Assembly (NCBI GenBank): GCA_964423075.1
Contig: CAYREA010000006.1
Span: forward strand, 5,514-69,513
Source: an uncultured Rubrivivax sp.
GTDB lineage: Bacteria; Pseudomonadota; Gammaproteobacteria; Burkholderiales; Burkholderiaceae_C
Length of the DNA: 64,000 nucleotides
Direction of reading: 5' to 3'
Shown piece by piece: positions 14,880 to 24,331 of this stretch (within the stretch, counting starts at the first letter, position 1; the number at the start of each line of letters is the position of its first letter). The position numbers and the translations under genes were made by a program. Below the pieces are notes generated by a model. That model worked only from the letters and a program-made list of their open reading frames with translations, searched no databases and was not told the origin of the DNA.

Positions 14880-15431
14880 TCAGGCCGAACCGGCGCGGAC
14901 CAGGGCCTGCAGCTTCAGCACCGTCGCCCAGTTGCGCGACGTGGCCGCGCGCCCGGCCTTGCCCACCATCGCGGCGCCGGCCTTGCTTTCCAGGATGCCG
15001 TTGGCACACCACAGGTAGGCGGCATGCTCGCCGACGTGCAGGCGTTCGGGCGGCTGGGCCAGGGCGGCGAGCGGGGCCAGCCCGGCCAGGTCTTCGGCCG
15101 TGGCGGTGAAGGCCACGATCAGGCGCGACGCATCGGTGGCCTCGGCCACGAGCGGGTTCCCGGCTTCGATGGCGGCCATCTCGGTGGCGGTCTTCACGAT
15201 CACCGCCACGTCCACGCCCAGGCCGTCGATCAGGGCCTGCCGGATGCGCGCCGCGTGTTTGAGCGAAGGCGCGGCATCGAACACCGCGTTGCCGCTGTTG
15301 AGCAGGGTGCGCACGCGCGTGTAGCCCAGCCCCTCCATCAGCGCGCGCCACTCGGCCATGGGCACCCGCTTGTTGCCGCCGACGTTGACGCCGCGCAGCA
15401 GCGCGACGTGGCTCTCGATCTTGCGCGCCAT
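14880..15431 (-). CDS. DUF1697-family protein
   Basis: VALLRGVNVGG, SGNAVF, TSRNWATV; ATG overlaps the VWA stop (TGATG). Confidence 0.82.
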   Translation of the reverse strand: MARKIESHVALLRGVNVGGNKRVPMAEWRALMEGLGYTRVRTLLNSGNAVFDAAPSLKHAARIRQALIDGLGVDVAVIVKTATEMAAIEAGNPLVAEATDASRLIVAFTATAEDLAGLAPLAALAQPPERLHVGEHAAYLWCANGILESKAGAAMVGKAGRAATSRNWATVLKLQALVRAGSA

Positions 15432-16624
15432 CAGCGGCTCCCGGGTGCGTCGCGTGGGCTGGTGACGATGCCCTGTGCCGCCGCCCAGGCCGCCACGTCG
15501 TCGCGCCGGATGGCGGCAGCCATCAGCCCCGGGAACGCATCGGGCGTGCAGGCGAAGGACGGCACGCCCAGCGCCGCCAGCTTGGCCGCCAGCGCGTGGT
15601 CGTAGGACGGCGCGCCTTCGTCGCTGAGCGCCAGCAGGGTGATGAACTGCACCCCGCTTTCCACCAGCTCGCTGGCGCGGCGCAGCAGGCCGGCTTCGAC
15701 GCCGCCTTCGTACAGGTCGGAGATCAGCACGAAGATGGTGTTGCGCGGCTCGCGGATCAGGCCCTGGCAGTAGCCCACAGCACCGTTGATGTCGGTGCCA
15801 CCGCCCAGCTGCACGCCGAACAGCACGTCCACCGGGTCCTGCAGCTGTTCGCTCAGGTCGACCACGGCGGTGTCGAACACCACCAGCTTGGTGGCCACCG
15901 CCGGCAGGCTGGCCATCACCGCGCCGAAGATGCTGGCGTAGACGATGCTGTTGGCCATGGAGCCGCTCTGGTCGATGCACAGCACCACCTCGCGCTGCGG
16001 GCGCCGCGCCTTGCGGCCGTAGCCCACCAGCGTCTGCGGCACGATGGTCTGGTAGTCGGGCTGCCAGTGGCGCAGGTTGGCGCGGATGGTGCGCGCCCAG
16101 TCGATCTCGGCGTGGCGCGGGCGGCGCTTGCGCTGGCTGCGGTCGAGCGCGCCGCTGACGGCCGAACGCAGTGGCTCTTCCAGCTTCTGCATCAGCTGCT
16201 CGACCACACGCCGTACCACGGCGCGCGCGGTGTCCTTGGTCTTGGCCGGGATCACCGCGCCCAGCGCCATCAGGCTGGCCACCAGGTGCACATTGGCTTC
16301 CATCGTCTGCAACATCTCGGGCTGCAGCAGCATGTCGCGCATGTTCAGGCGTTCCAGCGCGTCGCGCTGCATCACCTGCACCACCGGGCTCGGGAAGTAC
16401 TTGCGGATGTCGCCCAGCCAGCGCGCCACGCTGGGGGCCGAAGCGCCGCGGCCACCGCGGCGGTCCTGCTGCTGCAGGCCGCCAGGGCCTTGCGGTTCGT
16501 AGAGCGCGGTGAGGGCCTGGTCCATCTCGGCGGCCGGGCCGCTCAAGCCGCCGCAGGCGGCTTCGGCTTCACCGCCCAGCACCAGGCGCCACCGGGCACG
16601 GCGTTGGATGTCGTCGATGCTCAT
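15431..16624 (-). CDS. VWA-domain protein (YehP/CoxE-like)
   Basis: MIDAS DQSGSM...GGTD...ISD; RWRLVLG N-terminus. Confidence 0.88.
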   Translation of the reverse strand: MSIDDIQRRARWRLVLGGEAEAACGGLSGPAAEMDQALTALYEPQGPGGLQQQDRRGGRGASAPSVARWLGDIRKYFPSPVVQVMQRDALERLNMRDMLLQPEMLQTMEANVHLVASLMALGAVIPAKTKDTARAVVRRVVEQLMQKLEEPLRSAVSGALDRSQRKRRPRHAEIDWARTIRANLRHWQPDYQTIVPQTLVGYGRKARRPQREVVLCIDQSGSMANSIVYASIFGAVMASLPAVATKLVVFDTAVVDLSEQLQDPVDVLFGVQLGGGTDINGAVGYCQGLIREPRNTIFVLISDLYEGGVEAGLLRRASELVESGVQFITLLALSDEGAPSYDHALAAKLAALGVPSFACTPDAFPGLMAAAIRRDDVAAWAAAQGIVTSPRDAPGSR

Positions 16625-18861
16625 GCAGAGATCCCCAGCAACTGGCGCAAGAGCGGAATGGGCAGCGCGGCGCGTGCTTCGTCCCAGTCGGCCGCGGCCG
16701 ACGCGGCGGCCGCGGGCGCCGCGCCGCGACTGGCGCGCTGGCCCAGGTCGCGCCGCTCGCCGGGGCCGAACAGCGAGAAGGTGCGCCGCACCAGCGGCAG
16801 CACGCGGATGAAGTGTTCGTCGCTCAAGCCCGCCAGCCATTCGTCGACCAGCAACCAGACCTTGTTGTCGTGCAGCAGCACCGTCGCGTTGCGGTTGAGG
16901 AAACCGTCCAGCCAGGCCGCAGCCTTGGATGGGTCGGCCGCGGCCGACAGGTGCAGTGACAGCGCCTGCGCCACCTGCTCCACGTTCCACACACCCTCGT
17001 CCAGCAGCAGGCGCACGGCCACACCCTGCAGCAGTTCGTGCGCGCTGGTGCCGGCGGCCAGCTGGGCCAGGGCGCGGCGCCAGGCTTCGGTCTGCTCGTC
17101 ACCCGCACGCAAGGCGATGGCGGCGTGGGCGCCCAGCAGCTTGTCGCGCAGCGCGTCGGCGGCGGCTTCGTCGAGCGACCCGCAGGCCAGCGGCAGGCCG
17201 ATGGCGGCGCGCACGATCAGGCCGTCCAGCACCTGGGCCACCAGCGTGGCGTCGGTCTGGCGCACGTTGCCGTAGCGGAAGACGTTGGCCAGCGGCGGCA
17301 GCGCGGCCAGCAGCTGCAGCACGTCGCCGGTGAGCGCGGCGCGGCTCTGCAGCGCGTGGGTGGCGGCGGCGACGGCGGCTTCCAGGTCGGCCAGCAGCAC
17401 GCGGTCGACCAGGGCCGAGAGTTGTGCCAGCTGTTCAACGTGCTGGCACTGGTCGACCACGCGCGCGGTGGCGGCCTCGGCGATGGTCTGGCCCCAGGGG
17501 CTGGCTTCGATCAGGCGCAGCGCGAATTCGGGCTGCCATTGCAGCGTCCAGATCTCGTGGAAGGTGCCGCGCGCGCTGCGGCCCACCTTGGCCACCGTGC
17601 CCCAGGGGATGTCGAGCAGGTTCAGGCGGTGCAGCAGGTGGCTGCGCGCCAGGTCGCCGCTCTGGCGCAGGTCCAGGTCCAGCGTCTTCTCCAGCGCCTC
17701 GGGCTTGAGGCGCAGGGTCTTCTGGCTCTGCTCCAGGTCGCGCTGCAGCGGCACCGTGGGCACGGCGGCGGGCACGGCGCCCAGGCGGTCGCCGATGACC
17801 AGGGCGTCGGCGATGAAGGCCAGCACGCTGTCGTCGCCCAGCGTCAGCACGGCGCGGGTGGCTTCGTGCAGCTCGGGCAGGCCGGGGGCGGGGCGCTCGC
17901 GCAGGGCGGCGAGCGCCTCGGCCAGGCGCGTGGCTTCGATCAGGTGGGCCGACGAGACATCGAGGTCGCGCTCGCGCATCAGCCGCGCCACGCGGGCCAG
18001 CCAGCCGGTGGCACGCGGTTGGCCGGTCTCGTGGCAGGCCCACAGATGGTCGTACCAGCCGGGTGATGCGATGCCGGCGCCGTAGCCGCTGGCGCGCGCC
18101 AGCCGGCGGTAGGTCCAGGGCACCCAGGTGCTCTGCACCTTCACCTTGGCCAGGCCCTTGAGCAGCGCCTGGTCGGCCTTGGCGGTGACCTCGGCCTGCA
18201 GCGCGCCCAGGTGCCAGGCACCCACCGCCACCGCGATGCGCTCGTGCCCTTCCTTCACCGCCGCGCGCACACATTGCCGCATGTGGGCTTCGCGCAGCGC
18301 CTCGCGGCGGGTTTCGGCCTCGCTGCGCGGGCGTTCGCCGATCTCGGCGCGCACCGTGGTCATGGCCTCGGCGATGGCGGCGAAGAGTTCCTCGCCGTCG
18401 CCGCGCTCTTCGACCATGTGGTTCCACCACGACTCGCCGTCGGCATAACCGGCGGCGCGGGCCAGCCAGTCCAGCGGGTCGGCGCTGTCGGTGTCGGCCG
18501 CGGCTTCTTCGGCTTCGCTCTCGGGCTCGGCCTTGTCCAGCGCCAGCGCATGCGTCAGCGGCAGATCGATGAAGCGCAAGGGCACGCCGTTCTGCGCCGC
18601 CCAGCGCAGCGCCTGCCACTCGGGCGAGAAGACGGCATAGGGGTGGTAGACGGCCAGCCGCGGCTCGTCGGGGCAATGTGTCAGCAGCGCCACGGGCGGT
18701 TGCATCGCTTCGTCCAGCACATGCGGCAGCAATGCTTCGGCCTCGGGCGGGCCTTCCAGCAGCACCACGTCGGGCTTGAGCGCGTCGAAGGCGCGCCGCA
18801 GGCTGCGCGCGCAGCCCGGGCCGTGGTGGCGGATGCCGAAGAGGTGCGGCTTGGAAGCCAT
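16621..18861 (-). CDS. YehM-like (DUF5682) protein
   Basis: FGIRHHGPG, LLEGP, FIDLP, REAHM, GAWH, SGYGAG motifs; operon context. Confidence 0.82.
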   Translation of the reverse strand: MASKPHLFGIRHHGPGCARSLRRAFDALKPDVVLLEGPPEAEALLPHVLDEAMQPPVALLTHCPDEPRLAVYHPYAVFSPEWQALRWAAQNGVPLRFIDLPLTHALALDKAEPESEAEEAAADTDSADPLDWLARAAGYADGESWWNHMVEERGDGEELFAAIAEAMTTVRAEIGERPRSEAETRREALREAHMRQCVRAAVKEGHERIAVAVGAWHLGALQAEVTAKADQALLKGLAKVKVQSTWVPWTYRRLARASGYGAGIASPGWYDHLWACHETGQPRATGWLARVARLMRERDLDVSSAHLIEATRLAEALAALRERPAPGLPELHEATRAVLTLGDDSVLAFIADALVIGDRLGAVPAAVPTVPLQRDLEQSQKTLRLKPEALEKTLDLDLRQSGDLARSHLLHRLNLLDIPWGTVAKVGRSARGTFHEIWTLQWQPEFALRLIEASPWGQTIAEAATARVVDQCQHVEQLAQLSALVDRVLLADLEAAVAAATHALQSRAALTGDVLQLLAALPPLANVFRYGNVRQTDATLVAQVLDGLIVRAAIGLPLACGSLDEAAADALRDKLLGAHAAIALRAGDEQTEAWRRALAQLAAGTSAHELLQGVAVRLLLDEGVWNVEQVAQALSLHLSAAADPSKAAAWLDGFLNRNATVLLHDNKVWLLVDEWLAGLSDEHFIRVLPLVRRTFSLFGPGERRDLGQRASRGAAPAAAASAAADWDEARAALPIPLLRQLLGISA

Positions 18862-18873
18862 GCTGTTGGGGGG

Positions 18874-19959
18874 CTAGCCCTGTTCGCGGCAGGCGCGGTA
18901 CAGGTCCTTCCAGTCGGCGCGTTCCTTCACCACCGTTTCCAGGTACTCGTTCCACACCACGCCGTCCTGCACCGGGTCTTTCACCACCGCGCCGATCAGG
19001 CCGCTGGCCATGTCGTGCGGGCGCAGCACGCCGTCGCCGAAGTGGCCGGCCAGCGCCATGCCGCTGTTGATGACGGAGATGGCCTCGGCCGTGGACAGCG
19101 TGGACGTGGGCGACTTCAGCTGCGTCTTGCCGTCTTCGGTCTTGCCGTTGCGCAGCTCGCGGAAGATCTGCACCAGGCGCCGCACCTCCTTCAGCGCCGG
19201 CGGCTCGGCCGGCAGCTCCAGCGCGCGGCCCATCTCGGCCACGCGCTTCATCACGATGGACACCTCTTCGTCTTCACTGGCCGGCACCGGCAGCACCACG
19301 GTGTTGAAACGCCGCTTGAGCGCGGCCGAAAGTTCGTTGACGCCCTTGTCGCGGTTGTTCGCGGTGGCGATGACGCTGAAGCCGCGCACCGCCTGCACCT
19401 CGCTGGCGAGTTCGGGGATGGGCAGGGTCTTCTCGGACAACACGGTGATCAGGCTGTCCTGCACGTCGGCGGGTATGCGCGTGAGTTCTTCGACACGGGC
19501 GATCTTGCCGTGGCGCATGGCGTGCATCAGCGGGCTTTCCACCAGCGCCTTCTCCGAAGGGCCGTGTGCCAGCAGCTGGGCGTAGTTCCAGCCGTAGCGC
19601 AGCTGTTCTTCGCTGGTGCCGGCCGTGCCCTGGATCAGCAGCGTGGAATCGCCGCTGACCGCCGCCGCCAGGTGCTCGCTCACCCAGCTCTTGGCCGTGC
19701 CCGGCACGCCGTAGAGCAGCAGCGCGCGGTCGGTGGCCAGCGTGGCGACGGCGATCTCCATCAGGCGCGGGCTGCCGATGTACTTGGCGCTCACCTCGAA
19801 GCCGTTATCCAGCTTGCCGCCCATCAGGTAGGTGAGCACGGCCCAGGGCGAGAGCTTCCAGTTGGGCGGGCGCGCACGCTGGTCCTGCCTGGCCAGCTCT
19901 TCGAGTTCGGCCGCGTACTGCTGTTCGGCATGCTGGCGCATCACGGCGGTGGCGTTCAT
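18874..19959 (-). CDS. YehL-type MoxR AAA+ ATPase
   Basis: Walker A GVPGTAKS, Walker B variant RVEELTR, ATANNRD, LSAALKRRF. Confidence 0.9.
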   Translation of the reverse strand: MNATAVMRQHAEQQYAAELEELARQDQRARPPNWKLSPWAVLTYLMGGKLDNGFEVSAKYIGSPRLMEIAVATLATDRALLLYGVPGTAKSWVSEHLAAAVSGDSTLLIQGTAGTSEEQLRYGWNYAQLLAHGPSEKALVESPLMHAMRHGKIARVEELTRIPADVQDSLITVLSEKTLPIPELASEVQAVRGFSVIATANNRDKGVNELSAALKRRFNTVVLPVPASEDEEVSIVMKRVAEMGRALELPAEPPALKEVRRLVQIFRELRNGKTEDGKTQLKSPTSTLSTAEAISVINSGMALAGHFGDGVLRPHDMASGLIGAVVKDPVQDGVVWNEYLETVVKERADWKDLYRACREQG

Positions 19960-21497
19960 GGCGTGGCGGTCTCCGGTGCAAGGGTGTTCAGGGCGCGGCG
20001 TGTAGCCAGTGTCTGGGCCAGCGCGTGCAGCGTGTCGGCCCAGGATGGTGTGTCGTCGGGGCGGCGCTGGATGCTGGCCAGCGGGGCCAGCGTTTCCAGG
20101 TGCAGGGCCGCGGCGAGTTCGGGCAAGGCGGCGCGCAGGGTGTAGTCGCCCGCCAGGGTGGCCGCGGCGTCACGCGCCACCACGTGCTGCACGAGCGCGG
20201 TCGACAGGGCGGCACTGAGCGTCTGGCCCGCCGGGCAGGCGGCCAGGATCTGCAGCAGCAGCCCGTCCAGGCGCACGCTGCTGTCCTTCAGCTGGCGCTG
20301 CCAGTGGCGTTCACGCCGCGCCGGTGGCAGCAGGGCCAGCAGCTGGGTGTGGTGCTCGGCCCAGGCGGCGGCGCCACTGTCGAGCACGGCTTCGCACCAG
20401 GTAAGGTCCGGCGCGGCCAGCAGCACGTCGCGCCAGCCGCGCTGCAGGGCTTCGGCCCAGTCGGTCTTGGCCGCCCATTTCAGCAGTTCGGCGGCGTCCA
20501 GGCCGGTGTGCATGGTCCACCAGGCCAGCGGCACCTGGCGCACCAGCTGGTACAGCCACCAGGCGCGTTCGCCCAGCCGTTCGTGCGTGGGGCGCGTGGC
20601 TTCGATCTGGTCGGCCTTCCAGTCGTCGGTGGCTGCGGACGGGGCGTCGATCTCCCAGCGCCGGCCGAGCAGGCCGCGCTGGCTGGTGACGAAGGCAGCC
20701 AGCCGCGCTGCGGCACGCCGCGGGTGCGCGGCCTCGGGCAGGTGCAGCAGCAGGGCCAGCGCGGCCTGACGTACCTCGCGGCTGCGGTCGCTGCGCAGGC
20801 TGTCGAGCAGGCTCTCGTCATCGGGGCCGATGCCCTCGGCCAGCACGGCGACGAGTTCGGCGCGTTCCTTGGCCGGCAGTTCGGGCAGCGCCTGCTGCAG
20901 GCGTTCGCGCGCGGCCGCGGGGTCGCTGGCGCGTTCGCGCCGCAGCAGGGCGCGGCGTTGCTCGAAGCTGCCGTCCTGCCACAAGGTTTGTGCGTCAGCC
21001 TCGGTGCTGGCGCCGGCGGCGTAGCGCCATTCCTCGCGCTGCTGGCCCAGCCAGCGGCCGCGTTCACCCAGCGTGGGCGCGAAGGCGGCGCGCAGGGCCA
21101 GCGAGCGGCGGCCCAGCTCCAGCACCGTGGGCAGCAGCGCGGGCGGGACACGCAGGCCGGCGCGGCCGAGCACCAGCGCCACGGCCTGCTGCAGGCGCGG
21201 CGGGCCCTCGCGCAGCGCCCAGGTGATGGGGGCCAGCTGGGCCGGCTCTGTCAGTGCATCCTGGGTGTCAGCCATCGCGCCTGCGGGCAGCACGTCGGCC
21301 AGCGGCGCGCCCTGGGCACCGGCGGCACTGCAGGCAGCCAGCACGGCGGCGGCACGCAGCACCGCTGCGGCGGGCTCGGCGCCGGCCGTGGCGGCGGCAA
21401 TGGCCGCGCCCACCTCGCCCGGCCAGGCCGGCAGCGGCGCGGCGTGGCGCTCGGTGCCCACCAGGGCCGCCGGCAGCAGCGGGGCCCAGGCGCTCAT
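19956..21497 (-). CDS. DUF5691-like helical protein
   Basis: ALVGTER, LGERGRWL, DRSREVR and GERAWWL motifs; ATGA overlaps at both ends. Confidence 0.75.
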   Translation of the reverse strand: MSAWAPLLPAALVGTERHAAPLPAWPGEVGAAIAAATAGAEPAAAVLRAAAVLAACSAAGAQGAPLADVLPAGAMADTQDALTEPAQLAPITWALREGPPRLQQAVALVLGRAGLRVPPALLPTVLELGRRSLALRAAFAPTLGERGRWLGQQREEWRYAAGASTEADAQTLWQDGSFEQRRALLRRERASDPAAARERLQQALPELPAKERAELVAVLAEGIGPDDESLLDSLRSDRSREVRQAALALLLHLPEAAHPRRAAARLAAFVTSQRGLLGRRWEIDAPSAATDDWKADQIEATRPTHERLGERAWWLYQLVRQVPLAWWTMHTGLDAAELLKWAAKTDWAEALQRGWRDVLLAAPDLTWCEAVLDSGAAAWAEHHTQLLALLPPARRERHWQRQLKDSSVRLDGLLLQILAACPAGQTLSAALSTALVQHVVARDAAATLAGDYTLRAALPELAAALHLETLAPLASIQRRPDDTPSWADTLHALAQTLATRRALNTLAPETATP

Positions 21498-22837
21498 TCG
21501 CTGCTCCTTTGCCACAGCGGCGTGGGCTGCTGCGGCAGCCAGGCGGTGAGCGGGCGCAGCGCCACGCCGTCCCATTCACCCATCAGCGTGACGGGCTGCC
21601 CGCCGGTGGCGGCCAGCAGGGCCCAGGTGTCGGTGTCGCCCAGCTGCAGGCGCAGCGTGCGGCCTTCGCACACGGCCAGGGTCTGCCCGGCCAGCTGTGC
21701 AGCCACGGCATCGGGCAGCAGCAGCGGGTGCAGGCCGACCCAGGGCGACGCGGCACAGCGCAGCGCCAGCTGCTGCCACTCGGCGGCCAGCGTGGTGGCC
21801 GGCCAGGCGGGTGGGCCGAGTGCGGCTTCGGTGCTGGCGCACAGCACCCGCAGGCCGGCCGTGCCGGGGAAGGCCACCAGCGTGGCCTGCACGCTGCTGC
21901 CGGTGAGCCAGGCCTGTTCGAAGCCGCGGCCGCCGAAGGCGTGGTCGAGCAGCCAGGCTCGGCGGCCGGAGCCTGCCCCCTGCAGCCAGACGCGGCGTTC
22001 CGTGAGCTTGTCGTCGCGCTGTTCGGTGGCGCTGCCGAGCACGGTCCAGCGGTCGGTGAGCGGCGCGCCCGCGGCCAGCACCTCGGCCTTGTCGTGCGGC
22101 CAGCCGGCCACGGTGCGCAACTCGGCCTGCAGGTCGGCGCTCAGGCTGTTGCGGCGCTGCAGCGCTTCACAGGCCAGCTGCAGCAGGCCCAGGCGGTGCA
22201 GGGTGCGCTCGGTGTCGCGCGCCAGGGCGCTGCCTGCGGCGTCGCGCACGCGCTGGGCCAGGCCGGGGGCCTGCGCGTCGACCAGGCGCGCGGCCATGGT
22301 GGCCCAGCCCTGCAGCAGCTCGGCGTTCAGCGCGCCCAGGCCGCGGCCGATCTGGTCGGCCAGCCAGCGTTGCAGCTCGCCGGCGGCGCCTTCGATGCGC
22401 TGCCAGCGCTGCGCCTCGCGCGCGGCGGCGGCTGCGGGGTCGGCGGGCGTGGCGGGTTTGTCGGCCGCGGCGGCCTGGCGCTCTTCCTTCTTCTGCGCCT
22501 TCTCGCTGCGTGTGGCCAGCCATTCGCTGACCCAGGCCGGCTCGGCCTCGTCCTTGAACAGCGCGGCGTTCTGCACCCGCAGCATCAGCAGCGCCAGGCC
22601 GTGTTTGCAGGGGAACTTGCGGCTCGGGCAGCTGCAGCGGAAGGCGGGGCCGGCCAGGTCCACCTGCGTCTGGTAGGGCTTGCTGCCGCTGCCCTGGCAG
22701 GCGCCCCACAGCGCCGCGGCGCTGGCGCCCAGCTGCGGCCAGCCGGCCGGCGACAGCAGCCCCTGTGCGGCCTTGGCCGACGCGGCGTCGGGCGCCAGTG
22801 CAAGCACCGCGTCCAGGGTCAACGTCATGCCCGCCAT
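21494..22837 (-). CDS. SWIM zinc-finger protein (YehQ-like)
   Basis: CQGSGSKPY and CSCPSRKFPCKH (CxCx6CxH); AAGGGAGG RBS before ATG 22837. Confidence 0.88.
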   Translation of the reverse strand: MAGMTLTLDAVLALAPDAASAKAAQGLLSPAGWPQLGASAAALWGACQGSGSKPYQTQVDLAGPAFRCSCPSRKFPCKHGLALLMLRVQNAALFKDEAEPAWVSEWLATRSEKAQKKEERQAAAADKPATPADPAAAAAREAQRWQRIEGAAGELQRWLADQIGRGLGALNAELLQGWATMAARLVDAQAPGLAQRVRDAAGSALARDTERTLHRLGLLQLACEALQRRNSLSADLQAELRTVAGWPHDKAEVLAAGAPLTDRWTVLGSATEQRDDKLTERRVWLQGAGSGRRAWLLDHAFGGRGFEQAWLTGSSVQATLVAFPGTAGLRVLCASTEAALGPPAWPATTLAAEWQQLALRCAASPWVGLHPLLLPDAVAAQLAGQTLAVCEGRTLRLQLGDTDTWALLAATGGQPVTLMGEWDGVALRPLTAWLPQQPTPLWQRSSE

Positions 22838-22886
22838 GCCTCCCTTGGTTTTGTCGGCCGAGAGTCTATGCGCTGCCGGCGCGGCC

Positions 22887-22928
22887 TTGATGCGGCGCAA
22901 GCCGCCGCGCCCGCGGCGGGCCTAGGCT
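22887..22928 (+). promoter_or_regulatory. FNR/CRP-family box and -10 for the cytochrome c gene
   Basis: TTGATGCGGCGCAA (22887-22900); TAGGCT (22923-22928); the box centre lies about 42 nt before the ATG. Confidence 0.55.
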
Positions 22929-22935
22929 GGCCCGC

Positions 22936-23256
22936 ATGACGATCCGCTCCTGGCTGATGGCCGCTGGCCTTGCGGCGCTGGTGGCCCCGGCCGCCGCGCA
23001 GACCCCGGCGCCCGCGCGCGGCGAACTGCTGTACGGCACACATTGCATCGCCTGCCACCGCGAGCAGATGCACTGGCGCGACAAGCGCGTGGCCGTGGAC
23101 TGGCCGACGCTGAAGCAGCAGGTGGCGCTGTGGCAGGGCCGCGCGCTGCTGGGCTGGAGCGACGAGGACGTCACCGAAGTGGCGCGTTACCTCAACGACA
23201 CCATCTACCGATACCCGGTGGACAGCGGCCAGCGCGCCATCACGCCGCTGCGTTGA
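22936..23256 (+). CDS. Small monoheme cytochrome c
   Basis: Signal peptide; RGELLYGTHCIACH; VARYLN C-terminal helix. Confidence 0.88.
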   Translation: MTIRSWLMAAGLAALVAPAAAQTPAPARGELLYGTHCIACHREQMHWRDKRVAVDWPTLKQQVALWQGRALLGWSDEDVTEVARYLNDTIYRYPVDSGQRAITPLR

Positions 23257-23353
23257 CCCTGCGGTATCGGCGCGTGCGCCTGCCGGCATCGCGGCCGGCC
23301 ACCACGTGCTGCGGTACCGTGCCGTGTGCCGGCGCTGGCTAGCATCGCCCCGC

Positions 23354-24331
23354 ATGGACATCCGCACCGCCCTCTTTGCCTGGCGCACCGAACACCGGCT
23401 CGACGCCGAGTCCACCGCCCGCCTGGAACACCTGGCCGGCCTGCGCGGTGAACCCCCGCGGCTGGCGCGTGGGCTGCCCGCCGGCGTGTTGGGGCTGGGT
23501 GCAGCGCTGCTGGGGCTGGGCGTGATCCTGTGGATCGCCGCCAACTGGGACACCCTGGGCCGCGCCGGCCGCTTCGCGCTGCTGCAGGGCCTGGTGCTGG
23601 CGGCGGTGGCCGGCGCCGCGGCACGGCCGGCGCAGCGCGCGCCGCTGGCGCTGCTGGGGCTGCTGGCCATCGGTGGCCTGTTTGCGTTTTTCGGCCAGAC
23701 CTACCAGACGGGCGCCGACCCCTGGCAGCTGTTCGCCCTGTGGGCCGCGCTGGCGCTGCCGCTGTGCCTGGCGGTGCGCAGCGATCTGCTGTGGACGCCC
23801 TGGGCCTTGGTGGTGATGGTCGGGGTCTCGCTCTGGGTGCATGCCCACACCGGCCACGGCTGGCGCTTCGAGCCCGACGACCTGCGCGCCCACCTGGCGG
23901 CCTGGGCCGTGGCGCTGGCCCTGGTGGGCGCGCTGGCCGCGCCGCTGCGCGCCCATACCGGCGCCGGGCCCTGGTCGCTGCGCACGGCACTGACGCTGGC
24001 GGTGGCTTCGGTGACGGCCACGGCCCTGGGCGGCCTGTTCCACAGCCACGTCGGCCTGCAGTTTCCGCTCGGCCTGCTGGTGCTGGCGGTGCTGGCCTTT
24101 GCACTGGCGCGGCCGGCGTCGTTCGACGTCTTCGGCCTCAGCGCTGCGGCCCTGGGCCTGAACCTGCTGCTGGTGTGCGGGCTGGCGCGGCTGCTGATGG
24201 AAGGAGCCGGGAACAACCCGATCGGCGCGCTGCTGCTGCTGGGCCTGTGCGCCGCCGGGCTGCTGGCCGGCACGGTGAGTGGCGTGCTGCGGCTGGCGCG
24301 GCGCCCGGCGGCCGATCTGGGGGCCACATGA
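23354..24331 (+). CDS. DUF2157-like polytopic membrane protein
   Basis: WIAANW and GQTYQTGADPWQLF motifs; many TM segments. Confidence 0.82.
   Translation: MDIRTALFAWRTEHRLDAESTARLEHLAGLRGEPPRLARGLPAGVLGLGAALLGLGVILWIAANWDTLGRAGRFALLQGLVLAAVAGAAARPAQRAPLALLGLLAIGGLFAFFGQTYQTGADPWQLFALWAALALPLCLAVRSDLLWTPWALVVMVGVSLWVHAHTGHGWRFEPDDLRAHLAAWAVALALVGALAAPLRAHTGAGPWSLRTALTLAVASVTATALGGLFHSHVGLQFPLGLLVLAVLAFALARPASFDVFGLSAAALGLNLLLVCGLARLLMEGAGNNPIGALLLLGLCAAGLLAGTVSGVLRLARRPAADLGAT

Noticed and set aside
20025-22676. Long antisense ORFs, also 43213-46032, 51032-53167 and 54391-57474
   Set aside because: Mirror frames of well-supported genes; no independent coding signal.
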